Source of the DNA: Candidatus Woesebacteria bacterium
GTDB taxonomy: Bacteria; Patescibacteriota; Microgenomatia; UBA8517
Direction of reading: 5' to 3'
Assembly (NCBI GenBank): GCA_963784785.1
Contig: CAWASW010000015.1
Location: 2,149-66,148 of the forward strand
DNA length: 64,000 nucleotides
The notes below the pieces were generated by a model, which was not told the origin of the DNA, made no database searches, and saw nothing but the letters and a program-made list of their open reading frames with translations. The position numbers and the translations under genes are program-made. The stretch's first letter is position 1. Each line of letters starts with the position of its first letter. Shown here one piece after another: positions 45,637 to 55,600 of the stretch.

Positions 45637-46682
45637 ATTGTTGCTAACCAGAGGCCAAAAATCGCAAGAATTATGCCAGCAAGCCAGGCGCGCATAACTA
45701 CCTTCGGCTCCTCCCAACCAATTGCTAAAAATGTATTGTGAAGTGGAGCAATTTTTAAAATTGGTCTATTCAAGTATTTCCATCCAAATATCTGTACAAC
45801 TGAGGAGACAATCTCAATTACAAATATTCCTCCAATTACACAAAGAGCAATGATATTTCCAGTTAATAAACCAACTACAGCAAGTGTAGCTCCAAATGAT
45901 AAAGCACCTGTATCTCCAAGCCAAATTCTTGCAGGCCAAGTATTAAAATATAAAAATGCAATTAGCGCCCCAATCCACAATGAAATAAATAGAGATAATG
46001 GAGTATCCAAACTACTGGCGGCAATAACCCCAAAAGCCATCAAACAAATCATTAATAATCCAGATGCTAAACCATCAAGACCGTCAGTAATATTAATTGC
46101 ATTTGTAAAGGATACAATCACAAATGCAGCAAATGGAATGTAGAGCAATCCTAAATGTAGAGTTATTCCAAAAATTGGTATATATAGGATCTGGACTCCA
46201 AGAAATTTATAAATAAAAACAGAGATAATAGTAGCCAAAATCCATTGGTCTATAAACTTTTGTTTTCTGGTAAGTCCAAAGGCTAATCCCAAAGCACCTT
46301 GAGTAGGTTTACCTAACATTTTTATATAATCATCTAGCAAACCTAATAATCCAAAAGAAATAAAAGTAAAAAATATTGTGATCAACTCAAATCTTAAATT
46401 ATATGCAGTTTGGATAAAAACCCCTAGTCTGGAACTTAATGGGAATATCACTAAGAAAAGAACCACAACAATTGCAATAATAAGTACTCCTCCACCAACA
46501 GGTGTTCCAGCTTTTATATCATGTAATTTATCAAACAAAGGTATTTTTCCATGCTTTGGAGCCTCAACTTTTCTAGTAAATTTAATTTTGTAAAGAAAAT
46601 CTATAAACGGAACAACAAGCAAAGATGTAATTGAAAATGAAAATATCACTAAGCCTAACGCTAGAGGTAAAAAGTTCTGCAT
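45633..46682 (-). CDS. mraY: phospho-N-acetylmuramoyl-pentapeptide transferase MraY
   Basis: Polytopic protein with conserved DDxxK-like LLDDYIK and NAINITDGLDGLA. Confidence 0.85.
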   Translation of the reverse strand: MQNFLPLALGLVIFSFSITSLLVVPFIDFLYKIKFTRKVEAPKHGKIPLFDKLHDIKAGTPVGGGVLIIAIVVVLFLVIFPLSSRLGVFIQTAYNLRFELITIFFTFISFGLLGLLDDYIKMLGKPTQGALGLAFGLTRKQKFIDQWILATIISVFIYKFLGVQILYIPIFGITLHLGLLYIPFAAFVIVSFTNAINITDGLDGLASGLLMICLMAFGVIAASSLDTPLSLFISLWIGALIAFLYFNTWPARIWLGDTGALSFGATLAVVGLLTGNIIALCVIGGIFVIEIVSSVVQIFGWKYLNRPILKIAPLHNTFLAIGWEEPKVVMRAWLAGIILAIFGLWLATI

Positions 46683-46685
46683 ATC

Positions 46686-47672
46686 TTAATATATCATCTT
46701 TTCCACAAGCTTGTCTAAGTAAATAGATCTTGAACCCTTAATTAATATATAATTATTTGGTTTTAAATATTTTGTAATATCAAGCAACACATCAATAGAA
46801 TTTTTATATAAGTTAGGGGTTATTAGTTTTACCAATTTTCCTACTCCAAAGACTTTTTCAAAATTATATTTTTTAATTTCCACAGCAATTCTTTTATGTT
46901 CAGTCTCCTCAATTTTTCCAAGTTCTAGCATATCTCCAACAACTAAAAATTTTCTATTTCTTCCGGCAAGATTATTAAAGTATTTAAGCGTTGAAATAAA
47001 TGCTTCTGGATTACTATTGTAAGAATCATCAAGAATAACTGCACCAGATTTATGTTTAATTATTTGCAACCTATGTTTAGGGCTTTCATATAAGATTTCG
47101 TTAATTTCAATGCCTAATATTTCAGCAACTTTTCTGGCAGCATTCTTATCAGTTTCAATAGAATTTTCACCATTTTTAAACCAATATTCTTTTGCCTTCA
47201 AAGTAAATTTAAGATTTTTTAAATATTTATTATCTTCATTTAGAACTGCAATTTGAGAATTTTTTACAAGTTTACTTTTTTCCTTAAGCACTCCATTTTC
47301 ATCACCAAAATATAAGGTATGAGTTGCAAATATGTTTGTAATTACTCCAATTTTCGGCTTTACCATCCACATATAAAAATCCATTTCGTTTGGATACTCA
47401 ACACCCATTTCTAAAATTAAGTACTTAGTAAAAGGTGTACATCTTAAAATAGTTGAGGAAATATTAAAAACTGGGTCTATGTTATCTTTACTCCAAACAG
47501 TTTTACCGTGAAGTTTTAATATTCCTGCGAGCATTTCCTTAGTCGTTGTCTTTCCGGAACTTCCTGTTATTCCAATAACCATTAATCCGAATATTTTTTG
47601 CAATATCAATACATATACTTTAGCAATTATATTTTTAACTGGATGATAAATATATTTTTTGAATTGTTTCAT
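46686..47672 (-). CDS. murF: Mur ligase, MurF-like (compact, N-terminal domain reduced)
   Basis: P-loop GITGSSGKTTTKEMLAGIL plus Mur ligase middle and C domains. 328 aa. Confidence 0.7.
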   Translation of the reverse strand: MKQFKKYIYHPVKNIIAKVYVLILQKIFGLMVIGITGSSGKTTTKEMLAGILKLHGKTVWSKDNIDPVFNISSTILRCTPFTKYLILEMGVEYPNEMDFYMWMVKPKIGVITNIFATHTLYFGDENGVLKEKSKLVKNSQIAVLNEDNKYLKNLKFTLKAKEYWFKNGENSIETDKNAARKVAEILGIEINEILYESPKHRLQIIKHKSGAVILDDSYNSNPEAFISTLKYFNNLAGRNRKFLVVGDMLELGKIEETEHKRIAVEIKKYNFEKVFGVGKLVKLITPNLYKNSIDVLLDITKYLKPNNYILIKGSRSIYLDKLVEKMIY

Positions 47673-48403
47673 ATTTCTACTTTTTTAATTTTATCACTTA
47701 TATCATAACCTAAAAACATCTTGGCTGTTTCGATAAATCTTAGATTGACGTCAGTTAAGTAATATTTCTCTGTAAATACATTATCAATTTTAATTTTTGC
47801 TTTTATCTCTTCAATCAACTCTTCTGCTGGATCAACCAAATTTATTTTATCGCCCAAAAATTTACTAATTTTAGTTTTAATTATTGGATAATGAGTACAT
47901 CCTAAAATTAAAGTGTCTACTTTGTCTACAAAATCCTCTAAGTACTTTGAAATAAACAAATCAATTTCAGGTCCTTCTATAAAACCTTCTTCAATCAATG
48001 GTACTAACATAGTAGCATGTCTTCTTAAACTAACCATGTCATAAGCGTTACTATTAATTGTTGCTCTAGTACCAACCAACCCAATGCTATTCTTTGAAAT
48101 TAAAGTTGCTTTTTTCATAGCTGGTTCTATTACTCCATATACTGGCACACTGGAATGTTTCTTAACAATGTCTAGTGCAATTGAAGAAACGGTATTGCAC
48201 GCGACAATTATCAAGTCTACATTTTGGTCTAACAAAAACTGAGTATCTTCTTCTGCAAATTTCTTAACTGTTTCTGGACTTCTTGTTCCATATGGAACCC
48301 TTGCAGTATCACCTAAATACATAAAGGATGCGTTAGGAATTTTCTTTTTTAACTCTTTAACAACTGTAAGACCTCCTAAACCTGAATCAAATATACCGAT
48401 CAT
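47669..48403 (-). CDS. murI: glutamate racemase
   Basis: DSGLGGLTV, ACNTVSS, LGCTHYP. Confidence 0.85.
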   Translation of the reverse strand: MIGIFDSGLGGLTVVKELKKKIPNASFMYLGDTARVPYGTRSPETVKKFAEEDTQFLLDQNVDLIIVACNTVSSIALDIVKKHSSVPVYGVIEPAMKKATLISKNSIGLVGTRATINSNAYDMVSLRRHATMLVPLIEEGFIEGPEIDLFISKYLEDFVDKVDTLILGCTHYPIIKTKISKFLGDKINLVDPAEELIEEIKAKIKIDNVFTEKYYLTDVNLRFIETAKMFLGYDISDKIKKVEI

Positions 48404-49614
48404 TATAAGTTATTGACATCCTCCTTAAACTGATTACCTCGTTCTTTATAGTTTGCAAACATGTCAAAACTTGCAGCAGCTGGAGAGAGAATCGCTACAC
48501 CACCTTTTTCAGTTACTTCAAATGTCTTTTTTACAATTTCCTGCATTGAACTAGTTCCTAGATCATATATTTTTTTTGTTTTAATATATTTTTTTATTTG
48601 TTCTCTAATTTGACCTATTAAAATAACGTTTTTGACGTTTCCTGCCTTTTCAATTACCTTTCCTAATTCCTCATAATCAAGTCCTTTATCACTACCACCT
48701 AATATCAATGTCTCATCTTCTGCAAATGATTTAATGGCAGCAATAGTAGGTTGAGGTCCTGTAGCAAATGAGTCATTATAGAACTTGATCCCATCGACAT
48801 CTCTTACGAATTCTAGTCTATGTTCTAAACCTTTAAATTCTTTTACTGTTTTAACAATTATTCTCTCGTCAATATTTAGAATTTTTGCAACTGATACTGC
48901 AGCTCCAATGTTCTCTAAATTATGTTGTCCTCTTAAAATTAACCCTTTTATATATTTCTCATCTAGCTTTTTTTTGTTAAAAAATATTACATTTGCTTTC
49001 GTTTCTTTAGCAAAACTTTTTGGTACTTTGTATTCGCTATTTATAACCGTCCAATCAGATGTTTTTTGAAATTTGACTATATTTTTCTTAGCATCTATAT
49101 ATTCTGTAATATTTTTATGCCAATCCATATGGTCAGAAGTAATATTTAAGACAACTGCAATATCCGGTGAAACAGGAAGATCCATAAGCTGAAATGACGA
49201 CATTTCCAAAATCACGTACGATCTGCTATTTAATTTTGTCAATAGTTCCAAAGCAGGCTTACCAATATTACCTGCAAGATACACATCAAAATTGGCAGCT
49301 TTTAATATTTCATATATTAAAGTTGAAGTTGTTCCTTTACCTTTCGTTCCTGTTACTCCGATTATAATTCCATCAAACTGATCGAAAAATATATGTGTTG
49401 GTGTTGTAACTCTTTTTGTAGTTTTAATTTTATCTGGATATACTCCAGGAGATCTAACTACCAAATCAAATCTGTCTAAATTTTCTAGATAGTTTGGATT
49501 ATCTTTCTGATCCAAAACTGTAACGGAGGCCCCTTTTGACTTCAAGAATTTCTCAGCATCCTGACCCTCAATACCATTTCCAATTACTGCAACTTTTTTA
49601 TCTTTGTAGTTCAT
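48403..49614 (-). CDS. murD: UDP-N-acetylmuramoylalanine--D-glutamate ligase
   Basis: GVTGTKGKGTTSTLI P-loop and MurD N-terminal Rossmann KKVAVIGNGIEG. Confidence 0.85.
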   Translation of the reverse strand: MNYKDKKVAVIGNGIEGQDAEKFLKSKGASVTVLDQKDNPNYLENLDRFDLVVRSPGVYPDKIKTTKRVTTPTHIFFDQFDGIIIGVTGTKGKGTTSTLIYEILKAANFDVYLAGNIGKPALELLTKLNSRSYVILEMSSFQLMDLPVSPDIAVVLNITSDHMDWHKNITEYIDAKKNIVKFQKTSDWTVINSEYKVPKSFAKETKANVIFFNKKKLDEKYIKGLILRGQHNLENIGAAVSVAKILNIDERIIVKTVKEFKGLEHRLEFVRDVDGIKFYNDSFATGPQPTIAAIKSFAEDETLILGGSDKGLDYEELGKVIEKAGNVKNVILIGQIREQIKKYIKTKKIYDLGTSSMQEIVKKTFEVTEKGGVAILSPAAASFDMFANYKERGNQFKEDVNNL

Positions 49615-50573
49615 ATATTTATATATTGTACTTCTGGTTCTAATTTTATGCCGAATTTCTTAAAAACATCATCAATAATTGTATCAGCCAATTTTTTAAC
49701 ATCACTAAAATTTCCCTTACCATTTGGATTTGTTAAAATTAATGCATGTTTATCGGAAACTTTAACTGGACCTAATGATTTTCCTTTCCAACCAGCCTTT
49801 TCAATTAAATAGCCAGCAGATATTTTGTATAAATTCCCAGTTTCATAAAATTTCATATCAGAATATTTTTTCTCAAATTCTTCCTTCATATTTTTGGTTA
49901 TGAATGGATTTACAAAAAAAGAACCAGCATTAGGCATTACTTTAGGATCTTCTAATTTTTGTGTCCTCTGTGTCAGCACATCATTTCGTATTTTATTTAA
50001 ATCTAAATTATTATCATAATCTAATTTAAACGTAACATCAGTAATTATAAATTTTTGCCAATATTTTTTTGACTTGAAAATACTTTCTCTATACCCAAAT
50101 TTACAATCGTCTTTACTAAACTTAGTGAATTTTTTATTTTCAACATCGTATGCAGTAAGCTCATAAAAAGTTTCAGATACCTCTTGTCCATATGCTCCAA
50201 TATTTTGTATTGGAGAGGCACCTACAGTTCCGGGAATACCTGACAGTGATTCCATGCCAGCCAATTTATTTTCAACTGTAAATTTTACCAAGTCATCCCA
50301 AACAACGCCTGCTTCGGCAACAACCAAATACTTGGAGTTTTGGATTTTTTGTATCTTTATTTTTTTGCCTATATATTTAACTACGACACCATTAAAATCA
50401 TTGTCAGAGACTGCAATATCGCTACCGCCCCCAATAGTAAAAATTGAAAGTTTTTTGTCTTCAGCAAACTTAACTATAGAAACTACTTCCTCTTGGTTTT
50501 TAACCATAAAGAAATATTTTATATTACCTCCAATTTTTAATGTTGTAAGTTGTTTAAAACTTGTTTTGCCCAT
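49611..50573 (-). CDS. murB: UDP-N-acetylenolpyruvoylglucosamine reductase
   Basis: FAD-binding N-terminus (TTLKIGGN…) and the MurB C-terminal domain. Confidence 0.8.
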   Translation of the reverse strand: MGKTSFKQLTTLKIGGNIKYFFMVKNQEEVVSIVKFAEDKKLSIFTIGGGSDIAVSDNDFNGVVVKYIGKKIKIQKIQNSKYLVVAEAGVVWDDLVKFTVENKLAGMESLSGIPGTVGASPIQNIGAYGQEVSETFYELTAYDVENKKFTKFSKDDCKFGYRESIFKSKKYWQKFIITDVTFKLDYDNNLDLNKIRNDVLTQRTQKLEDPKVMPNAGSFFVNPFITKNMKEEFEKKYSDMKFYETGNLYKISAGYLIEKAGWKGKSLGPVKVSDKHALILTNPNGKGNFSDVKKLADTIIDDVFKKFGIKLEPEVQYINI

Positions 50574-51721
50574 AAGCTGCTATTTCCTGCACCCATAACA
50601 ACAATTACTTCGTAATTGCAATTTTCAATTTCCAGTTTCCAATTTCCAATAAATTTCTCGATATCCTCAACAACTCTTATATTCTCGTGTTCGGATATTT
50701 TGGCAACATCTTCAATGGTTATAGTTGGATCCGTTTCATCACGTGCTTTAAAAATTGGGCCAATAATTACAGAATCGACACTATCAAATGCATTTTTATA
50801 CAATGATAATAATGCCTTTGTACGTTTATATCCATGAGGTTCAGCGACTGCCAATATTTTTGCAGTAGGATATTTTTCCCTAAGCCCTTCAAGAGTTGTC
50901 TTTATAGCAGTTGGGTGATGAGCATAATCATCATAAATAATTGTATTTTTAACTTTTCCAATTTGTTCCATTCTTCGTCCTATTCCTTCAAAATTTTCTA
51001 GGGACTTTACTATTTCCTCACTTCTAATTCCTAATTGTTGCCCTACTAGATACGCCATATTTGCATTTTTTTGATTATGGTCACCAAAGACTTTTAAATT
51101 AAATTGTTTTAACAAACTATCATTTTGAGAAAACAAAATTCCTCCTTGCTTCAGATTATTTTTGAATTTGTTAAAACTTTCTGCTAACTGTTTTTCATCT
51201 TTAAAATAATCGGGGTGATCAAATTCAATATTGTTAATTACTATTAGATCAGGTTTATAGTGTAAAAAGTTGTCATTAAATTCGTCGGCTTCAATAACAA
51301 AATATTTGCTTTTTCCAAATCTTGAGTTTCCACCCCACTCAGGGACATTGGCTCCTATTACTGCTGTTGGATCTAGTCCATTATCTTCTAAAATTTTACC
51401 TACCATTGCGGTAGTTGTAGATTTACCATGAGTTCCTGCAATAGCTATCACAAACTTATCCATCATTAGATATTTACCAACGAACTCCTCCCATGTTACC
51501 ATCATATTTTTAGCTATAGCCTGAAGAAGTTCAGGCTCTGACTTAGATTGATAAAGTACAGCAGGAGAAACAACGAGAAGATCAATACCATCTAGATGTT
51601 TTTTGTCATGGCCACCAGATTTTAGATCACAGCCAGTTACTTCATACCCCATTTTGGAAGCAAGCGAGGCTACACCACTCATTCCGCTGCCTGAGATACC
51701 CATCATATGGATTCTTTTCAT
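50537..51721 (-). CDS. murC: UDP-N-acetylmuramate--L-alanine ligase
   Basis: MKRIHMMGISGSGMSGVASLA…; AGTHGKSTTTAM. Confidence 0.85.
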   Translation of the reverse strand: MKRIHMMGISGSGMSGVASLASKMGYEVTGCDLKSGGHDKKHLDGIDLLVVSPAVLYQSKSEPELLQAIAKNMMVTWEEFVGKYLMMDKFVIAIAGTHGKSTTTAMVGKILEDNGLDPTAVIGANVPEWGGNSRFGKSKYFVIEADEFNDNFLHYKPDLIVINNIEFDHPDYFKDEKQLAESFNKFKNNLKQGGILFSQNDSLLKQFNLKVFGDHNQKNANMAYLVGQQLGIRSEEIVKSLENFEGIGRRMEQIGKVKNTIIYDDYAHHPTAIKTTLEGLREKYPTAKILAVAEPHGYKRTKALLSLYKNAFDSVDSVIIGPIFKARDETDPTITIEDVAKISEHENIRVVEDIEKFIGNWKLEIENCNYEVIVVMGAGNSSLWAKQVLNNLQH

Positions 51722-51744
51722 GTTATGAAGTATATTATACTTTA

Positions 51745-52707
51745 ATGATGGAAAATATTCTCGTTACAGGTGTTTCTGGAGAAGTTGGGTACGGACTTGT
51801 CAAAAAACTTCATGATCTTAAAAAATACAATGTAATAGCAGTAGATATTAAAGATCCAGAAATTTCTGCCTCAAAAAGCATCGATAAATTTATAAAGTGC
51901 GACATTCTTGATAACGAATTACTTAAAAAAATATTTGACGAAGAAAATATTGATTCAATAGTACATCTAGCCTCAATTTTATCAACAGGTGGAGAGAAAA
52001 ACCCAGAGCTTGCAACAGACATTAACATAACAGGAACGCTAAATTTACTTAAGCTTGCAACTGAAAATTCAATTAAAAATAAAAAATCAATTAAATTTAT
52101 TTTTCCTAGTTCAATAGCTGCCGACGGTAATCCTATTACTATTTATGGTATTTCGAAACAAGCCTGTGAAAATTTAGGAATATATTTTTCGAAACATTAC
52201 AAAGCACTCGACACTTCAATTAACCAAGCTAATTTAATAGATTTTAGATGTGTAAGATTTCCAGGATTACTTTCACCTGATACAGTACCTTCCGGAGGTA
52301 CTAGTGATTACGGGCCAGAGATGTTGCATGCAGCAGCTCAAGGCAAGGATTATGAGTGTTTCGTTAGACCAGACACCACAATTCCGTTTATGGCAATGAA
52401 CGATGCTGTAAAAATTTTATATCAATTACTTGAAACACCAAAGCAAAATATGACACAGGCCGTATATACAGTCAGTGGTTTCTCTGTTTCTGCAAAAGAA
52501 ATTGAAGAAGAAATTAGAAATGCTTTCCCAAATACAAAAGTTACATATAAAATTAATGAAGAGAGACAAAAAATTGTAGACAGTTGGCCGAAATCAGTTG
52601 GTTCAGAACAAGCGGAAAAAGATTGGGGATATAAATTGGAATATGATTTCAAGTCTACTTTCTCAGGATACTTAATTCCAAAAATTAAACTTCGATATCT
52701 AAAATAG
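51745..52707 (+). CDS. NAD-dependent epimerase/dehydratase family protein (extended SDR)
   Basis: ILVTGVSGEVGYGL glycine-rich NAD motif and YGISK catalytic Tyr-x3-Lys. Confidence 0.7.
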   Translation: MMENILVTGVSGEVGYGLVKKLHDLKKYNVIAVDIKDPEISASKSIDKFIKCDILDNELLKKIFDEENIDSIVHLASILSTGGEKNPELATDINITGTLNLLKLATENSIKNKKSIKFIFPSSIAADGNPITIYGISKQACENLGIYFSKHYKALDTSINQANLIDFRCVRFPGLLSPDTVPSGGTSDYGPEMLHAAAQGKDYECFVRPDTTIPFMAMNDAVKILYQLLETPKQNMTQAVYTVSGFSVSAKEIEEEIRNAFPNTKVTYKINEERQKIVDSWPKSVGSEQAEKDWGYKLEYDFKSTFSGYLIPKIKLRYLK

Positions 52708-53695
52708 CTTCTGCAAGTTTTATTGGATCATGTCTTAAAAGGTGTTCTTTCTTTAAATATACAGAAACAGATTTTTTAATAATTTTTATGTTACAGTCAA
52801 GCTCCTCGATCTTTGTTTCGTCAACTTCAACCATGTTTTGTCCTTCTTCTTTGTAGATCTCTAACATCTCAGTGTCTAAATGATTATCGTTTATTATCAA
52901 ATAATTTATTCTATTTGGTAAATCAAGATAATACATAAAATGTTTCAAAAAATCAGAAGCTTTGTAATCATCTGTTTCCCCTGCTTTAGTCATTAAATTT
53001 AATACAAGAATTAATTTTGCCTTAGAGTTTTCGATTGCTTCTCTTACACCCGAAACAAGCAGATGTGGCAATATACTTGTGTACAAATCTCCCTGAGAGA
53101 AAATTATTTTATCTGCATCTTTTATTTCTTTAATTAGTTCTGAATTGATTTCAGAACTAGTATCAAAATATATTCTAATTATTTTGTCATTAGGATCGTA
53201 ATCTCGATTTTTGACTCTCAGATCTATACTTGATTCACCATAAATTTGGCTACCTTTATTTGTCTCTGCAACAAGTTGTACTTTAGACAAACTAACAGGC
53301 ATTACTTTCGCCGAAACTCTAAATAATTTACATTCTGCCTTTATTCCTCGGTCCTGACCACTATATATATTATCCAATCTTGCAGTTAATAAGTTCCCAA
53401 AAGAATGTCCTTTTAATGGACCTGACAAATCCTCCAATCTATCGTCAAACAATTTTTGGGCCACTTTTCTTTGATTATCATCTTCCATCAACGCAAGGAC
53501 ACACCTTCTAATATCTCCAGGAGGTAAAACTCCAATCTCAGTTCTCAATCTTCCGGAGCTACCACCACTATCCCACGTTCCAGCAACTGCTGTAATTTTC
53601 TTGTTATCGTTTAATTCCCGAAGGCCACTCAGAAGTTGAAATTGCCCTGTACCTCCACCAAATGTAACTATTTTTTGTTTGTACTTTGACATCAA
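52685..53695 (-). CDS. YvcK/CofD-family (UPF0052, gluconeogenesis factor-like) protein
   Basis: IVTFGGGTGQFQLLSGL…ITAVAGTWDSGGSSGRLR. Confidence 0.75.
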   Translation of the reverse strand: MMSKYKQKIVTFGGGTGQFQLLSGLRELNDNKKITAVAGTWDSGGSSGRLRTEIGVLPPGDIRRCVLALMEDDNQRKVAQKLFDDRLEDLSGPLKGHSFGNLLTARLDNIYSGQDRGIKAECKLFRVSAKVMPVSLSKVQLVAETNKGSQIYGESSIDLRVKNRDYDPNDKIIRIYFDTSSEINSELIKEIKDADKIIFSQGDLYTSILPHLLVSGVREAIENSKAKLILVLNLMTKAGETDDYKASDFLKHFMYYLDLPNRINYLIINDNHLDTEMLEIYKEEGQNMVEVDETKIEELDCNIKIIKKSVSVYLKKEHLLRHDPIKLAEAILDIEV

Positions 53696-55593
53696 TTTGA
53701 AAGTCTTTTTAACATCTTTTTTTCTGCTTCTGCCAGTTGTTCTGGATTATTTATGCCTTGCCATTCGGAAGAATCAGGAAGTGTATAAACAGAAACTTTT
53801 TCTTTATTTCTTAAAGCGATCTCAATTAAATCAGGTAGATAATATTCCTTTGCAGCAGTATTCTTTTTGATATTAAAAATGTTTTTTTGTAGCCATTTGT
53901 AGTTAAAAATATACAGTCCGTCATTTACTTCTTTTATTCTCTTTTGATCTTCGCTTGCATTTTTTTCCTCAACCGTTCCTAATAAATTTCCTTTTTTATC
54001 TCTTACTACTCTTCCCAAACCAGTAGGATCATCTTGTATCAAACTAACAAAAGTTAATATTGACTTAGTTTTTTGATGTAAATCAATAACGTTTTTAATA
54101 GTTTTTGGGGTGTAAAAGGCACTATCATCTCCATTTATAACAAGTAAAGTTTCTGTATCTTTTGAAATTTTAGGGAATGCATTCAACACTGCGTTTCCAG
54201 TACCTAACTGCTTAGGTTGTATAGCGTATTCAACGTTTTTAGACAGTTGCTTAAGAACAACGTTTCTTTTATATCCCAAAACAGGAATTATCTCCCTTAT
54301 ACCCGCATTTCTTAAGTTCTCCAAAGAAAACGATATCATTGGTCGACCTGTTATCTGATGTAAAATCTTAGGTAGTGATGAACACATTCTTTTGCCTTTA
54401 CCACCTGCAAGTATTACACCTGTCAGATTCTCGTATCCACCCAATTGATTCTTTATAAAATCCTGATCACTCCAAGGATGTTCAAAGTGATCAAAACACA
54501 TAGACTTCTCATGTCCTTTTCCAAAAACTCCAATTATATCTCCCTTCTCTGCTATAGACATTGAATATGCAATTGCCTCACCTCTTTCTGGAATTGAGAC
54601 AAAATTATCGTTTACAGCACCACGTTTCATTTGCTTCAGAATTTTGAAAATACCTTCATTTCTTGGATCCTCAGCAGTTAAAACTGTAAAGTCAGCGGCA
54701 TTAGTCGATATTTTAGTCATTTTCGATCTTTTTCTTGGATCTCTTTCACCTGCACAGCCAAAAACAGATATTAATCTGCCTTTAGATATTGTTTTCAAAT
54801 ATTTAAGTGCAACTTCCAAAGAATCTGGCGTATGAGCAAAGTCTACAAAAATTCTGAAACCTTCATTATTCGGAACTTCTTCTAATCTGCCACTCGGTAA
54901 TTTAAAACTTTTTAGTGCCTTTAAGGACTCCTCTTTTTTAATCCCCAGTTCCTTGCATACTTCCATTGCTGTTTCTGCATTTATATTATTAAATTCTCCG
55001 GGAAGGATATTTAATTTTGTAGATTTAGGACTAAATATTCTATATTGTGCTGAATTAACAAACATCATTTTAACTCTTTTATATTCTTTAAAAGTCTTAT
55101 GGTAATCTAGATGCTCTGGCTGGATATTTGTCAAAACTGATATATCAAACTTTATTCCGGAGATTCGTCCTTGATCAATTCCATGCGAACTTACTTCTAG
55201 TACAACATATTCATAACCATCTTTAACCATATCTGAAAGCTTTTTGTTCAATGTGATAATATCCGGAGTAGTAGTATGGAACCCTTCTACAGAAATAGTC
55301 GATATCAGACCTACTTTCTTGCCAACACTTGTTAAGATATGATGAATAATATGGCAAGTTGTTGTTTTACCCTTTGTGCCTGTAACCCCGATAACCTTTA
55401 ATTTACTACTGGGATTTTTATAATAGTCTGAAGCTAGTTTCCCTAAAATTTGTTTCGTATCTCCTCTATCGTAAATTACAGAAGCACCTCTTCTTTTTGC
55501 ATCATCAATATAATCATGACCATCAACAGTTTGACCTTTGATCGCAACGAAAATATCACCTTTTTTGACTTTCCGTGAATCAAATTGAATCAT
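53692..55593 (-). CDS. murE: fusion protein: MurE-like Mur ligase (N) + GlmU-like sugar-1-P nucleotidyltransferase (C)
   Basis: N-terminus GVTGTKGKTTTCHII and DFAHTP (Mur ligase). The C-terminal ~240 aa have GVILAGGKGKRM, QLGTGNAV and LVINGDD (NTP_transferase). No left-handed beta-helix acetyltransferase domain. Confidence 0.75.
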   Translation of the reverse strand: MIQFDSRKVKKGDIFVAIKGQTVDGHDYIDDAKRRGASVIYDRGDTKQILGKLASDYYKNPSSKLKVIGVTGTKGKTTTCHIIHHILTSVGKKVGLISTISVEGFHTTTPDIITLNKKLSDMVKDGYEYVVLEVSSHGIDQGRISGIKFDISVLTNIQPEHLDYHKTFKEYKRVKMMFVNSAQYRIFSPKSTKLNILPGEFNNINAETAMEVCKELGIKKEESLKALKSFKLPSGRLEEVPNNEGFRIFVDFAHTPDSLEVALKYLKTISKGRLISVFGCAGERDPRKRSKMTKISTNAADFTVLTAEDPRNEGIFKILKQMKRGAVNDNFVSIPERGEAIAYSMSIAEKGDIIGVFGKGHEKSMCFDHFEHPWSDQDFIKNQLGGYENLTGVILAGGKGKRMCSSLPKILHQITGRPMISFSLENLRNAGIREIIPVLGYKRNVVLKQLSKNVEYAIQPKQLGTGNAVLNAFPKISKDTETLLVINGDDSAFYTPKTIKNVIDLHQKTKSILTFVSLIQDDPTGLGRVVRDKKGNLLGTVEEKNASEDQKRIKEVNDGLYIFNYKWLQKNIFNIKKNTAAKEYYLPDLIEIALRNKEKVSVYTLPDSSEWQGINNPEQLAEAEKKMLKRLSN

Positions 55594-55600
55594 CGTTTAA

